Assembly: GCA_000004695.1 (NCBI GenBank)
Contig: CM000151.3
Span: forward strand, 4,960,001 to 5,024,000
Source: Dictyostelium discoideum
Lineage: Eukaryota
Reading direction: 5' to 3'
DNA length: 64,000 bases
The notes under the pieces were generated by a model. The model worked only from the letters and a program-made list of their open reading frames with translations, did no database searches and was not told the DNA's origin. Shown piece by piece: positions 35,182 to 47,230 of this stretch; the first letter of the stretch is position 1, and each line of letters starts with the position of its first letter. The position numbers and the translations under genes were made by a program.

Positions 35182-35672
35182 GTGTTTTTAAACCTAGCTG
35201 AAGTCGTAGGTTCGAATCTCTTCATTAAAATCTTAGGCTTTAATCTTATTTCCAAGCTCACTTCCAAATAGAGTAATGGTAGAAATTTTTTGGTCTTTTA
35301 AAATTTTTTTTAGGAAACAAAATAAATATATTTAAATTTAAAATAAATTAAATAAAAAAATAATAATAAAAACTATTTGATAAAAAAAAGTTATAGAAAT
35401 TGTTCCTTCTATTACTAAATTAATTTTCTAATCCAAATTCCTAATATTTTCATCAAAACACAACAATTGAAATTTCTAAATAAATTTTTAAAAAAAAAAA
35501 AAAAAATTTAAGTACGTAATAATTTTTTTTCATTTATTTTTTGATTTGAAACTTTTTAATTGAAAAAATAAAAATATCTTCTGATTTTTTTTAAATTTTT
35601 TTTTTTTTTTTTTTTTTTTTTTGATTCCGAGCAAAATCCAAAAAAAAAAAAATAAAAAAACTGATCACGTAA

Positions 35673-36072
35673 ATGGTAAAAATGAAAAAAATAAATTATC
35701 TTTTATTTATTTTTTTAATATTATTTAAATTTTGTGAAATTGAATGTACAACAAATTATGAATTTTTAACACCCAATAATAATCAATATCTATATCCATC
35801 ATCAAGCGAAAATACTCAATGCGAAACAAATGTAATATATATTTTAGTAAATACAGATGATGCTCCAATGGGACAAACTACTTTAGAAGGTCAGAGTTCA
35901 CCTCCCGGACTTTTTACTTGTGAAAGAAATTATATTTTTAATGATACATCTGCAGTTTTTTCAATAAAATCCAAAAAAATTGATGTGGGTAATCTTGGAA
36001 TTCCATTTTATTTAACCAAAAATGGCATACTTCCCTTTTCTTTTATAACTGATATTACATTTAATTGTACTT
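35673..36072 (+). CDS. Large (~1420 aa) type I membrane glycoprotein with EGF-like module, exon 1 of 6 (signal peptide MVKMKKINYLLFIFLILFKFCEIEC)
   Basis: The GTATGT donor is at 36073 and the exon ends in phase 1. Confidence 0.6.
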
Positions 36073-36145
36073 GTATGTATAGCTATTTTATTGTTATTAT
36101 TATAAATTATTAAATTTTATTCATTTATTAATTTATTTATTTTAG

Positions 36146-37072
36146 TACCAAATATTGAAAGTTTAACATTTATACAATCAGAATTAAAATATGTAAATTC
36201 AAAATTTGAATCATTATTTCAAATTACAGGATTTGGTGAAATTTTTACACAAGTCAAAAATATAAAAGTCAAATTTGGAAATGATATTCCAACAACTTTC
36301 ACAAAATTATCACAATCACCTTATTATTTATTAACGATTGAATATCCAGATATTTCAAAGAATATAATATCAGATTGGGTAGTTTCAGTTTATTTTCAAA
36401 ATAATGTTAAAAATATAATATTAACTACAAATTTTGTTCAAGGCTCAGCTGGGTTATTTAATTTAAATGTATCTCCAAAATCAAGTTCAAAATTTGCAAT
36501 TTACACAAACCCATCTATGAAATATTTTTTATTATCTCAACCAGTATCAGCATTTTATTTCTTGTATGCTTTTTCAGGTAATAAGCTTCAACCTCAACCA
36601 ATATGCTCGCATGGTACAATTTCAAATTCAACATGTTTTATGAATTTTAGAAATGATATTTTACTTTTCAATTCACCAAAAACTCAACCTAATAGTACAT
36701 CTTATGGTTTATTTATACCAAATGGTAATAGTTATACTTCATTCTCTCAAGGTAGTTATAAATCAAATGAATTATTATTAATTGGTTCAAGTGACTATGA
36801 CGATTTAAGTTTTTTTAATTATAATACTTTCTCTATTCATTTTAATTCAAATTATTCATCCATTTCAAATTGTCCTTCAATTATCTATTTAAAAATTTCT
36901 GATGGTTTATATATTATAAAAGAATTTGAATTTCCATATGGTTATAGTTGGGGTGATTATAATAATACTTCTTATAGAATCTCTCTCCCATCAACTCCTT
37001 TTTTTTCAATTAATTTTAATTTTACTTTAGAAACTATCAATCAATTACATAGTTTAAATCAACAAATTTTTT
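36146..37072 (+). CDS. EGF/TM surface protein, exon 2
   Basis: The frame is open from 36148 and continuous with ORF 36517..37080. Donors and acceptors are consistent in phase, and the exon has many N-glycosylation sequons. Confidence 0.6.
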
Positions 37073-37121
37073 GTATGTAATTTAAATTATTTATATATTA
37101 TTATTTTTAAATTAATATTAA

Positions 37122-37160
<39 letters not shown>

Positions 37161-37169
37161 TATATATAG

Positions 37170-37532
37170 CAAATGATATATACCCACCAAAAATTTTAAA
37201 TTATAATATAGAATTTTTACTTGGCACAACAGTTGGAATATCATTAACAACTACAGATTATTATAATTCAACAGAACAATCAACAGGTATTAGAATGATT
37301 TATATTTGTAAAAAAGTTTTTAGTTTAGAATCTTTAATTTCAAAAGAAAATAATATTGAAAAATGGTTTTTAGTTCATGATACTTTAGATTGTCCATTTT
37401 ATTCATCAGATTTTTCAATATCTGTTATTGATTTTGCAGGAAATTCAAAAAAAATTAAATTTGGTGATTATATTGAATCAAATTTAACTTCAAATATTTT
37501 ATTCGTTTATCCTCTTGATATTTTTTGGTCAG
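37170..37532 (+). CDS. EGF/TM surface protein, exon 3
   Basis: The AG acceptor is at 37168-37169 and the GTAATT donor at 37533. It is continuous with ORF 37295..37573. Confidence 0.55.
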
Positions 37533-37645
37533 GTAATTATTATTATTATTTCATTTTTTTAATTATTAATTAATTATAAATTATAAATTATTATTTATTA
37601 ATTATTAATTATTATTATTTTTTTTTTTTAAAAAAAAAAAAAAAG

Positions 37646-37972
37646 TTTATGATGAAATGAATGTATCATTTAAATATTCAAATTTAAATGTTACAAATCA
37701 ATCATTTATAAATAAGATTATTATTAATATACCAAAACTAAATAATTTTGGAAATATTATTGGACTTCCATTTGAAATTAAATATACAGATTATAGAATT
37801 GAAAAAGGTATTGCATCATATAATTCAAAATCAAAATTATTTGAAGGTTTATTTTTTGTACCTGCAAATTTAAAAACTGGTCAAGTTTATTATGAATTGA
37901 AATTACCAACTTCAACTATTGGTTTATTATATAAAAGTGGTGCTAATGGTAATTTTAATGTTACATCAAATG
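37646..37972 (+). CDS. EGF/TM surface protein, exon 4
   Basis: The AG acceptor is at 37644-37645 and the GTAAGT donor at 37973. Confidence 0.6.
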
Positions 37973-38033
37973 GTAAGTTATTTATTATTTATTAAATTTA
38001 ATTTATTAAAATTATTAAAATTATTAAATTATT

Positions 38034-38088
<55 letters not shown>

Positions 38089-40113
38089 CATTTGATTCAT
38101 TTGGACCAACTATAAAATCAATTATTAAATATCCAAATGAATCAAATTTAATTAATAGTAATAGTTCAACATTAATTGGATTTAAAATTTTAGTTGAAGA
38201 ACAATTAAACGGAATTGATGATGGTTATGTAATTATTAGAGGATCAATTGATAAATCAATTTATAATTTTTCATTATCAATTTCAAATGCTGTTATTGGA
38301 GGTACACCATTATTAAGTGAATATGAATTATTTATTGATTTTAATAGTTCAATATGTATAAGTCAAAATTATACAATATCAGAGATTTATTTAAGAGATA
38401 CTCAAGGTTGGTCCACTAGTTTTATTACAACACCAAATCAACCGCCACAATTCCAAGCTTTACATCCATTTATTCAAATGAATAGTTGGCCTGAAAAAAT
38501 GTTAGAAATACAAGTACTTTGTCAAACTATACCAATCGTTTATGAAAAACAAAGTTTACTTGGCTTTAATATCACACCAAAAACTATCAATATTTTTGGA
38601 TTACCATCTGAAAGAACTGTGACCTATGATTTTATAATTGAAGATTCCAATGGTATTAAAAAAGGACAAGATGTTTATATTTATGTTACTACAACTGAAT
38701 TAGATGTAATTAGAAAAAAAGCTACAATCATCAAGATTTCAAATACATTCCATCATTTCCAATGTAATTTCACGTTTCCATGGGGTTTTGGTGGTTTTAA
38801 TAATAACTATAGTAGTTCAATTTATGGTTTCATTAATAATAATGGTAAATTTAATGGTTTTTCTCAAAAAGATATTGGTGCCACCTTTACAGATTATGTT
38901 ACTACTGGTAAAACAATTAGTTTCCCAAGTAATCCTATAATTTTAAGTACATCTGGTGTTATTGGTTCTGATAGTAATACTACATTTAATATCATTGGTA
39001 GAAACTTATCAAAAGTTAAAAAAATTAAAGCAATCTACCAACAAAATGAATATTACTTTCCAATAATTTCAATAACAAGTCAAAAAATAACAACATCAAA
39101 TAATGCATCGTTACCTCAAATGCAATTATCACTAGTATATGATAATGGTGCTGATGTTGATATTACCTCTGAATCTATTAATGTAGTTAGTGAACTAATG
39201 TTAACACCAAAACAACCATATGTACCAATAATAACACCAACTCCTTCACCAACTCCTTCACCAACTCAACCACCAACTCAACCACCAACAAATCCTCCTC
39301 AAAAATGTTTAGGTACTCCAGAATGTGGTGGTATATTACAAGGATCATGTAAATCTGGTGGTTGTATTTGTATTTTACCATGGACTGGTAATGATTGTTC
39401 ATCTAAAATTATTGAAGTTGAACCAAAAGTTGATGAGAATGAACCTTCTTCATCAATTATTATTGATAATAATAATAATAATAATAATAATAAAACAACA
39501 TCAAGTTATTCAGGTTCAATTGCAATAGTTTCAGTTAGAGAAATTAATTCAGCTAGTAATGCAATTATTAATGAATTTCAATTTAAAGAATGGAATAAAA
39601 CTATATTAAGTGATGATGATATTTCAACTAAACATTCCTATTCTACGTCATTTAAAAGAAATTCATCTTTATTAAATCCAACTAATATTACCACAATTTT
39701 AGAAATCTTTAAAAAAGAAACACCAATTTCATTTGCAAATCAAAATTTTACAATGTTAAAATCTTCAATTAAATATACAATCACTTTAGATTCTTATGAT
39801 TTTTCAACTAAGATTTCAAATCTTCAAGTGATAATGTCAGCATCGATTCAATCATCTCAAACTGATGATATTTGTTCAAAGAAAGAATTCGGTGATTCAA
39901 TTTCAGATTATTCAAATTATGTTAAAATTCAAGTTGATACTTATTCACTTTATGGTAAATTTATAAAGAGAGGTATTATAGATTCTGAAATTATTAATAT
40001 TCAAAATGATTTATTAGATGAATCAATGAATACAATTTCAAAATCAAATTCTCAACAATCTTTTATTGGTATAACAATTCCAATGTTTACTAATACTGTA
40101 CTTTTAGATCCTG
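38089..40113 (+). CDS. EGF/TM surface protein, exon 5: Ig/IPT-like beta-rich region, a (PTPSPT..QPPTQPPTNPP) linker, and an EGF-like Cys-rich module CLGTPECGGILQGSCKSGGCICILPWTGNDC
   Basis: The AG acceptor is at 38087-38088 and the GTAAGT donor at 40114. It includes ORF 38478..40145. Confidence 0.65.
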
Positions 40114-40195
40114 GTAAGTTTTATTTTTTTTTTTTTTTTTTTTAAAATATTAAATTAATTTCTTTTTTTTTTTTTTTTTTTTAAAATATAAATAG

Positions 40196-40416
40196 ATTTT
40201 TCAGTTTTATTAGATACTAGAAATAATGGTGATGAGAATTCAATTTGTTCTAAATCAAAAGATTCAGGTTTATCAAAAACTCAATTAATTGGTATTATTA
40301 TTGGTTCGGTTGTATTTGGTATTCTTATTATTATTATTGGTATATTATTCGCTTCCAGAAATTCAACAAAAGCAAAAATTTTAGTTCATAAATTAAAAAC
40401 TTTTAAAAAATCATAA
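40196..40416 (+). CDS. EGF/TM surface protein, exon 6: transmembrane helix (LIGIIIGSVVFGILIIIIGILFA) and short basic cytoplasmic tail
   Basis: The AG acceptor is at 40194-40195 and the stop at 40414-40416. Confidence 0.6.
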
Positions 40417-40479
40417 TTTAAAAAAAAAAGAAAGAATTAATAAAAAAAACAAAAATTGTAATAGAATATATTTATTTAA

Positions 40480-40515
<36 letters not shown>

Positions 40516-40528
40516 TAAAATATTTTAT

Positions 40529-41893
40529 TTATATAAAAATTTTAATATTATTTAAATTAAAATCATTATTTGTTAATAAAATTCTTTTTTTATCAATAAA
40601 AATATTATGAAATTCATTTGGTATTTTTAATTGTGTGTGTAATAAATTTTGAGTATCCATTATAATGAATTCAAAGTTAATATTTGGATAATTTGAAAAG
40701 TAACTTGAAAAAGCATTAAATGGTAAAAACAATGAATTAAAATCCATTATACCAATTAATCTATGACTACTAAAATAAAATTGAATTTGAATTGTTTTCA
40801 ATGTTTTTGAATGATAATCTAATAAAGTTTTTAAAAATGAAAATTCATACCAAAATGGTGTAATTGGTGATTCTTTTGAAAATTTAATACAAATAAATTC
40901 TAATGATGATGATGATAAAGTTGAACCATTATTTATTTCATCATAATTATAATTACCATTAATTGCTAAATGATTAATTAAATCATTATAATTAATAATT
41001 TGATAAGCAGTACCAATATGATAGCCAGCTGAACTAATATTATTATAACCTATATAATTTGAAATGATTAATCTTTTTAAATTTACCATTCTTGGTGGAT
41101 ATATTAAATAATTCCTTTCAGTGTAACAACTATTGAAACTATTTAAATTTGTACCATTAATATAATCTCTTGATAGTTTAGTTTCTTTAGTTTGTTGAAT
41201 ATCACAATCAATTCTTAATTCTTCAACTCTTGAAAATTGGTCACTAATATTATTCCATTCTAAATATCTAATTGATTCATAATCAATAAATAATGGTGGT
41301 TCATTCAATAATGAAAATGATAAATTAATTTTATTAAACCATTGAATTGGGTATCTATTTATTATCTTTCTAAATACTTTAAACCATTGTTTATTAATTA
41401 ATGATAAATTAATATTAATTTTAATTGGTGTAAAATAATTATCATTATTATTATCATTATAATTATTATTATTAAAATATTTATTATAAATTATTAAATC
41501 TATAATTTTTGATAATAAAACATTGTCTAAATTAAATTGAAAATTCATTGGTGGTAATGGTAATGATGGATCTGTTGTTGTTGTTGTTGTTATTGTTCCA
41601 ACAACATTATCATTAATTGATAATTCTCTATTAACATTAATAATTTCATAATCATATCTTTTTGAAGAATATTGAAATGGTTTTTTAATTAATATTTCAG
41701 ATGAATACTCTTTTAATATGCTTTTGAATATTTTTAAAAATAATTTTTGATTTTCATTTAATTGAATTTTATCAACAATTTGAAACTGTTTATCCCAATC
41801 ATAATCAATGTTTTTAGCAATTGAAATAATTGTATCAATTTTAATTCTTAATATTTTTTTTTTATTTTTATAATTATTTATAAATTGGTTTAA
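40529..41893 (-). CDS. Hypothetical Asn/Ile/Tyr-rich protein, exon 2 (total ~636 aa)
   Basis: The frame is open from the AG at 41895-41894 through ORF 40529..41548. No recognisable domain was found. Confidence 0.45.
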   Translation of the reverse strand, partial: LNQFINNYKNKKKILRIKIDTIISIAKNIDYDWDKQFQIVDKIQLNENQKLFLKIFKSILKEYSSEILIKKPFQYSSKRYDYEIINVNRELSINDNVVGTITTTTTTDPSLPLPPMNFQFNLDNVLLSKIIDLIIYNKYFNNNNYNDNNNDNYFTPIKININLSLINKQWFKVFRKIINRYPIQWFNKINLSFSLLNEPPLFIDYESIRYLEWNNISDQFSRVEELRIDCDIQQTKETKLSRDYINGTNLNSFNSCYTERNYLIYPPRMVNLKRLIISNYIGYNNISSAGYHIGTAYQIINYNDLINHLAINGNYNYDEINNGSTLSSSSLEFICIKFSKESPITPFWYEFSFLKTLLDYHSKTLKTIQIQFYFSSHRLIGIMDFNSLFLPFNAFSSYFSNYPNINFEFIIMDTQNLLHTQLKIPNEFHNIFIDKKRILLTNNDFNLNNIKIFI

Positions 41894-41993
41894 CTAGTTT
41901 TTTTATTTTTTTATTATTTTATTTTATAGGAAATAAATAGAAAATTAATATTATTTTTATTTTTTTAAAAATAATAAAAAAAAAAAAACTTAC

Positions 41994-42539
41994 TCTATTA
42001 TCATTTAAAATTTGAAAAATTAAATTAAAATTTGATTTTAAATTTAAAAATAAAGATAAATAATTTAATAAATTAAAAACTTGAATTGATGAATCAAAGA
42101 ATATATCAATTATATATTTTGAATAATCATCATTACAAATATAATGAGAGAATTTATGTTGATGATAAATTATAAAATAAGCTGCACTAAAATATCTAAT
42201 TGATGGTATTGACTCTTTTTGTTTCAATAAATTGAATATTCTAATTGACTCATCATATGATATTACACCAGAGTTTTTAAATATATCAACCAAATATTCT
42301 TTGATTTGATTTGTAACAATTGGATTATCGTTTAAATATTTTAAAACTATAGGTAAATGATTACCTGTTAATTTATGTTGAAAATGAGTGAATGAAAATT
42401 TAACTTCATTAAATTCCTCTATGGTTGGATATCTTTTTTTTAAATATTCAAATTGTTGTCTATTATAGAATAATTTACTATATTCATTATTTTCTTTTAA
42501 ATATTTAATTTCTTCTTCTTCTTTTATAGTTTCATTCAT
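41994..42539 (-). CDS. Hypothetical protein, exon 1 (MNETIKEEEEIKYLKENNEY...); GTAAGT donor at 41993
   Basis: This is the true-Met portion of ORF 41919..42608. It joins exon 2 in phase 0. Confidence 0.45.
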
Positions 42540-42741
42540 TTTAATCAAAATGTAAAAAAAAAAATTTCTATTAACAAAAAAAAAAAAAAAAAAAAGTTCA
42601 AAATCCAAAAAAAAAAAAAAAATAATAAAAAAAAAAAAATAATAAAAAAAAAAAAAAAATCTTTTTTGACAGAGTGTTTATAAATAATTTAATCGACAAA
42701 GAGAAAATAAATTTTTTATTTTAAATATTAAAGTATATAAT

Positions 42742-43154
42742 TTATTCGAGATCAAAACCATTACAGGTCTTTTCAGCTTCACATTGAGCCATAGCAATTT
42801 CATGATCAATGAAAAGTTGAGCCATTTCTGATTCAGTAACATTGAATGGACCGAGTGGTCTTGAATCAGTGAGAGATGTAACAGTTGCTGTGATAAGGAA
42901 ATGATCACTCCAACCACATGATGATCCACCAGTGAGAACGTGACAAATAGTTGGTGATGCATCAATAATCATCATACCAGCTAAAAAATAAAATAAAATT
43001 TTAAATAAAAAAAATAAAAGTTAGGAATAATGAATCAGTAATTATTAATTTTTTAAAATAATACTTTACCATCTTGTTCAACCCACATGGCTGGCTATTT
43101 TTTATAAATTGAAAAAAATAAAAAAAAAATATAGATTAGTAAATGTTTTGGAGA

Positions 43155-43215
<61 letters not shown>

Positions 43216-43330
43216 ATACACCAGCATCATAAATTTGGGCTTTAACACATTTACCACTTCTGCAAAGATTTAAATATTTACCACAACCAAAACGTTGACT
43301 ATCTGTAATATTTTATTTCCAAATTAGTAT

Positions 43331-43374
<44 letters not shown>

Positions 43375-43861
43375 AAGATTTTGAAAACTTACCAGCTGTG
43401 AAATAGAGAGCACCACTACATGATGGCTATTTATAAAAAAAATTAGTATATTTTATTACAACGAATTTAAAACTATTATTTAATACTTACAACTGGACCA
43501 CAAGCACTTGTGCTAAAGGATTGGGAGATGGAAAAAAAAAAAAAAAAATAAAAAAAAAATAAAAAATTAGTTTGTGTTATTTTTAGATACCAATAGAATA
43601 AAAATAAAATTACCTTCCACAGAAATCAGTTAAATAATATTGGTTATTTGGTGAAGTTGAACAACACATGTTACCATAACATGGTTTTGCTAAAAATAAA
43701 ATAAAAGTGTAAGTTTATAATTAATAAATAAAAAAATAACTAAAATAATATAATTATTATTATTGTTATTATTATTATTATTATTATAACATACGACAAC
43801 TGTAACCATAAGCAAATCCGATAATAACGGCTAAAACAAGTAAAAAGAAAGCAATTCTCAT
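42742..43861 (-). CDS. Secreted Cys-rich protein with DPBB/EG45 (expansin/barwin-like) signatures, copy 1. It has 7 exons: 43861-43795, 43716-43641, 43512-43491, 43426-43393, 43302-43220, 43094-43070, 42980-42742; ~190 aa.
   Basis: The signal peptide is MRIAFFLLVLAVIIGFAYG. The motifs are ..YFTAGDSQRFGCGKYLNLCRSGKCVKAQIYDAG.. and ..IIDASPTICHVLTGGSSCGWSDHFLITA.., versus the expansin/EG45 patterns TAA..LF..G..CG.C and TD.CP....GG.C...HFD.S. All splice sites are GT-AG with consistent phases. Confidence 0.6.
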
Positions 43862-44279
43862 TGTTGATGTGTATTTTGAATAAAAAATTAATAATGAAAA
43901 AAAAAAAAAAAAAGTGAAATTTAACAAGTTTTAAAATTTTAAAAATAAAAAAATAAAATTGAAAAAAAAAAAATAAGATATTTTCACCAGGCACGAATTG
44001 ATATTTTGGTGTTAGGGTAAATTATAAAAAATCTCCAAAATTTAAACCTGTTCACTTCAATCAAAAACATTATCAAAATTTTAAAAAAAAAAAAAAAAAA
44101 ATTTAATGGGGTAATAGTTTTTTTATTTTCCCAAATCCTACTATTTCCTTTTTTTTTATTTTATTAATAAAACCTTCAATTTTAAACTAATAATAAAAAA
44201 AAAAAAAAAATTAAATTTTTATAAAAGTTTATTGATTAAATTTAAAATAAATTTTTATTTAAATACTAAAGTGTATAAT

Positions 44280-44606
44280 TTATTCGAGATCAAAACCATT
44301 ACAGGTCTTTTCAGCTTCACATTGAGCCATAGCAATTTCGTGGTCAATGAAAAGTTGATCCATTTCTTCTTCAGTAACATTGAATGGACCGAGTGGTCTT
44401 GAATCAGTGAGAGAAGTAACAGTGGCAGTAATTTCAAATTTATCACTCCAACCACATGATGATCCACCAGTGAGTTCGTGACAAATAGTTGGTGATGCAT
44501 CAATAATCATCTTACCAGCTAAAAAATAAAATAAAATTTTTTAAAAATAAATAATTGAATAATTTGTTAGATTTTTTCAAAATTTGGAAATAAAAATAAT
44601 AAAAAC

Positions 44607-44638
<32 letters not shown>

Positions 44639-45038
44639 ATCTTTTTCAACCCATTCAGCTGGCTATATATATTAAAAAATTTTTTTTAGAATTTGGGGTG
44701 AGCAATAAAAAAAAAAATACATTAAAAAATTAAGAAATACATACACCAGCATCATAAACCTTGGCTTTAACACATTTCTTTCCTCTGCAAAGATTTAAAT
44801 GTTTACCACAACCAAAACGTTGACTATCTGTAATATTTATTTTTAAAAATTAGCACTTTTTTTTTTAATACAAAACAATAGGTAAATTAAAACTTACCAG
44901 CTGTGAAATAGAGTTTACCACTGCAAGATGGCTAATTAAAAAAAAAAAAAAAAAAAAGTTTTTTTAAAATTAAAATAAAGTTAAAAAAAATAAATGTGTA
45001 TATATTATCTGCGTACCTTTGGACCACAAGCACTTGTG

Positions 45039-45081
<43 letters not shown>

Positions 45082-45342
45082 CTAATTTTTTCTAAAAAAA
45101 AAAAAAAAAAAACATACCTTCCACAGAAATCAGTTAAATAATATTTATGATCTGGTGATGTTGAACAACACATGTTACCATAACATGGTTTTGCTATATT
45201 AAAAAAAAAAAAAAAATAATATATATATTAATACTAAACCTTTTGTTTTTAATTAAATTAATTATTATAACATACGACAACTGTAACCATAAGCTAATCC
45301 AACAATTATGGATAAAATAAGTAAAAAGAAAGCAATTCTCAT
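44280..45342 (-). CDS. Secreted Cys-rich DPBB/EG45-like protein, copy 2 (paralogue, same 7-exon layout)
   Basis: Exon 1 is MRIAFFLLILSIIVGLAYGYSC at 45342-45276. The last exon 44280..44518 differs (HELTGG, DKFEI, EEEMDQ). Confidence 0.55.
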
Positions 45343-45708
45343 TTTAAACCAATATAGAAATAAAATAAATAAAAAAAATAAAAGGAAAAAAAATATTAGC
45401 CCAATAAAGTTTAAAAATAAAAATAAAAAATTAAAAAAAAAAAAAAAAAAAATGGATTTTAAAATTTACCAGGATACCGCAAAGATATTTTTTCATTTTT
45501 TCCACTTTTTTTTTTTATATTTTCATTTTTTTTTTATTTTTTTATTTTTTATTTTTTTTTATTATTTTAAAAATAGAAAAATTCCCATTATGATGACATA
45601 ACCAATGACAATGAAAAAAAAAAATAAAAAAAAAAATAAAAAAATAAAAAAAATTGAAAATTAATTATGTAAAAATAAATTTTTTATTTAAATATTAAAG
45701 TATATAAT

Positions 45709-46529
45709 TTATTCGAGATCAAAACCATTACAGGTCTTTTCAGCTTCACATTGAGCCATAGCAATTTCGTGGTCAATGAAAAGTTGAGCTTTTTCTTCTT
45801 CAGTAACATTGAATGGACCGAGTGGTCTTGAATCAGTGAGAGAAGTAACAGTGGCAGTAATTTCAAATTTATCACTCCAACCACATGATGATCCACCAGT
45901 GAGAACGTGACAAATAGTTGGTGATGCATCAATAATCATCATACCAGCTAAAAAATAAATATTAAAAAAAAAAAAATAAAAAAAATTGATTAGATTTTGT
46001 TTGGAAATAATAAAAAAAAAAATAATAATAATAATAATTTAATCAATTTTACCATCTTGTTCAACCCACATAGCTGGCTATTTATTTAAAAATAAAAATT
46101 TTAATATATTAGTATTTGGAATAAGAAAAAAAATAAAAAATAATAATAATACATACACCAGCATCATAAATTTGAGCTTTAACACATTTGCTACCTCTGC
46201 AAAGATTTAAATGTTTACCACAACCAAAACGTTGACTATCTGTAATATTATATATATATTTATTGAGAATTAGTTTATTGATTTCCCAAAAAAAATAGAA
46301 ATAAAATAAGAAATACTTACCAGCTGTGAAATAGAGAGCACCACTGCATGATGGCTAATTATGATATTAAAATTTTAAACGAGTAAAATATTAATTAATA
46401 TTAGTATTAATTTATTAATATTAAAATAATATTAAAAAAATACATACAACTGGACCACAAGCGCTTGTGCTATAAAAATATAAAAAAAGATAAAAAAAAG
46501 TTAGTTTTTAAATTGGAAATCTAAAAATA

Positions 46530-46573
<44 letters not shown>

Positions 46574-46809
46574 CTTCCACAGAAATCAGTTAAATAATAT
46601 TTGTTACCTGGTGAGGTTGAACAACACATGTTACCATAACATGGTTTTGCTGTAAAAGAATAAAAATGATTTGGAGTGTTAATAAAATCTATTTTTTCTT
46701 TTTTTTTTTTTTTTTATTTAAAAAATGATTAAATCAACATACGACAACTGTAACCATAAGCGTATCCGATGATAACAGCTAAAATAAGTAAAAAGAAAGA
46801 AATTCTCAT
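45709..46809 (-). CDS. Secreted Cys-rich DPBB/EG45-like protein, copy 3 (paralogue)
   Basis: Exon 1 is at 46809-46743. The internal exons match copy 1 at 46620-46545, 46470-46449, 46352-46319, 46240-46158, and 46070-46046. The last exon is 45709..45947. Confidence 0.55.
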
Positions 46810-47230
46810 TGTTTTAAAATGTATATAGGGAATAGTAAAAGTGAATATAAGAAAAAAAAAAAAAAAAAAAATATGAAATTTATTCACTGTATTAAAATGA
46901 AAATAAAAAAAAATAAAAATTAAAATTTAAAAACGAATTATTTTGACCAGGCCCTGCAAAGATATTTTTTTCTTTTTTTCTGAAAGTAATAGGTTTTTAT
47001 TTTTTTTTAATTTTAAGAAAAATGGGACATCCCATTTTGATTTATTTTATTTTTTATTTTATTTTTTAAAACCCATCAAAAAAAAAAAAAAAAAAAAAAG
47101 GTGGGAACCTGGTATTTATTTATTTTTAATTTTTTTTTTATTTTCTTATTTTTAAAATCTAAAACTTGAATAATAATTTTTTAAAAAAAAAAAAGAAGGG
47201 TATGATTATATATTTAATTTATTTATTCAT

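Noticed and set aside
42678-42965. Alternative-frame ORFs (95/82/82 aa, MMHHQLFVT...) in the last exon of each DPBB-like copy
   Set aside because: The other frame carries the conserved Cys pattern and splices to upstream exons. These are overlapping out-of-frame artefacts.
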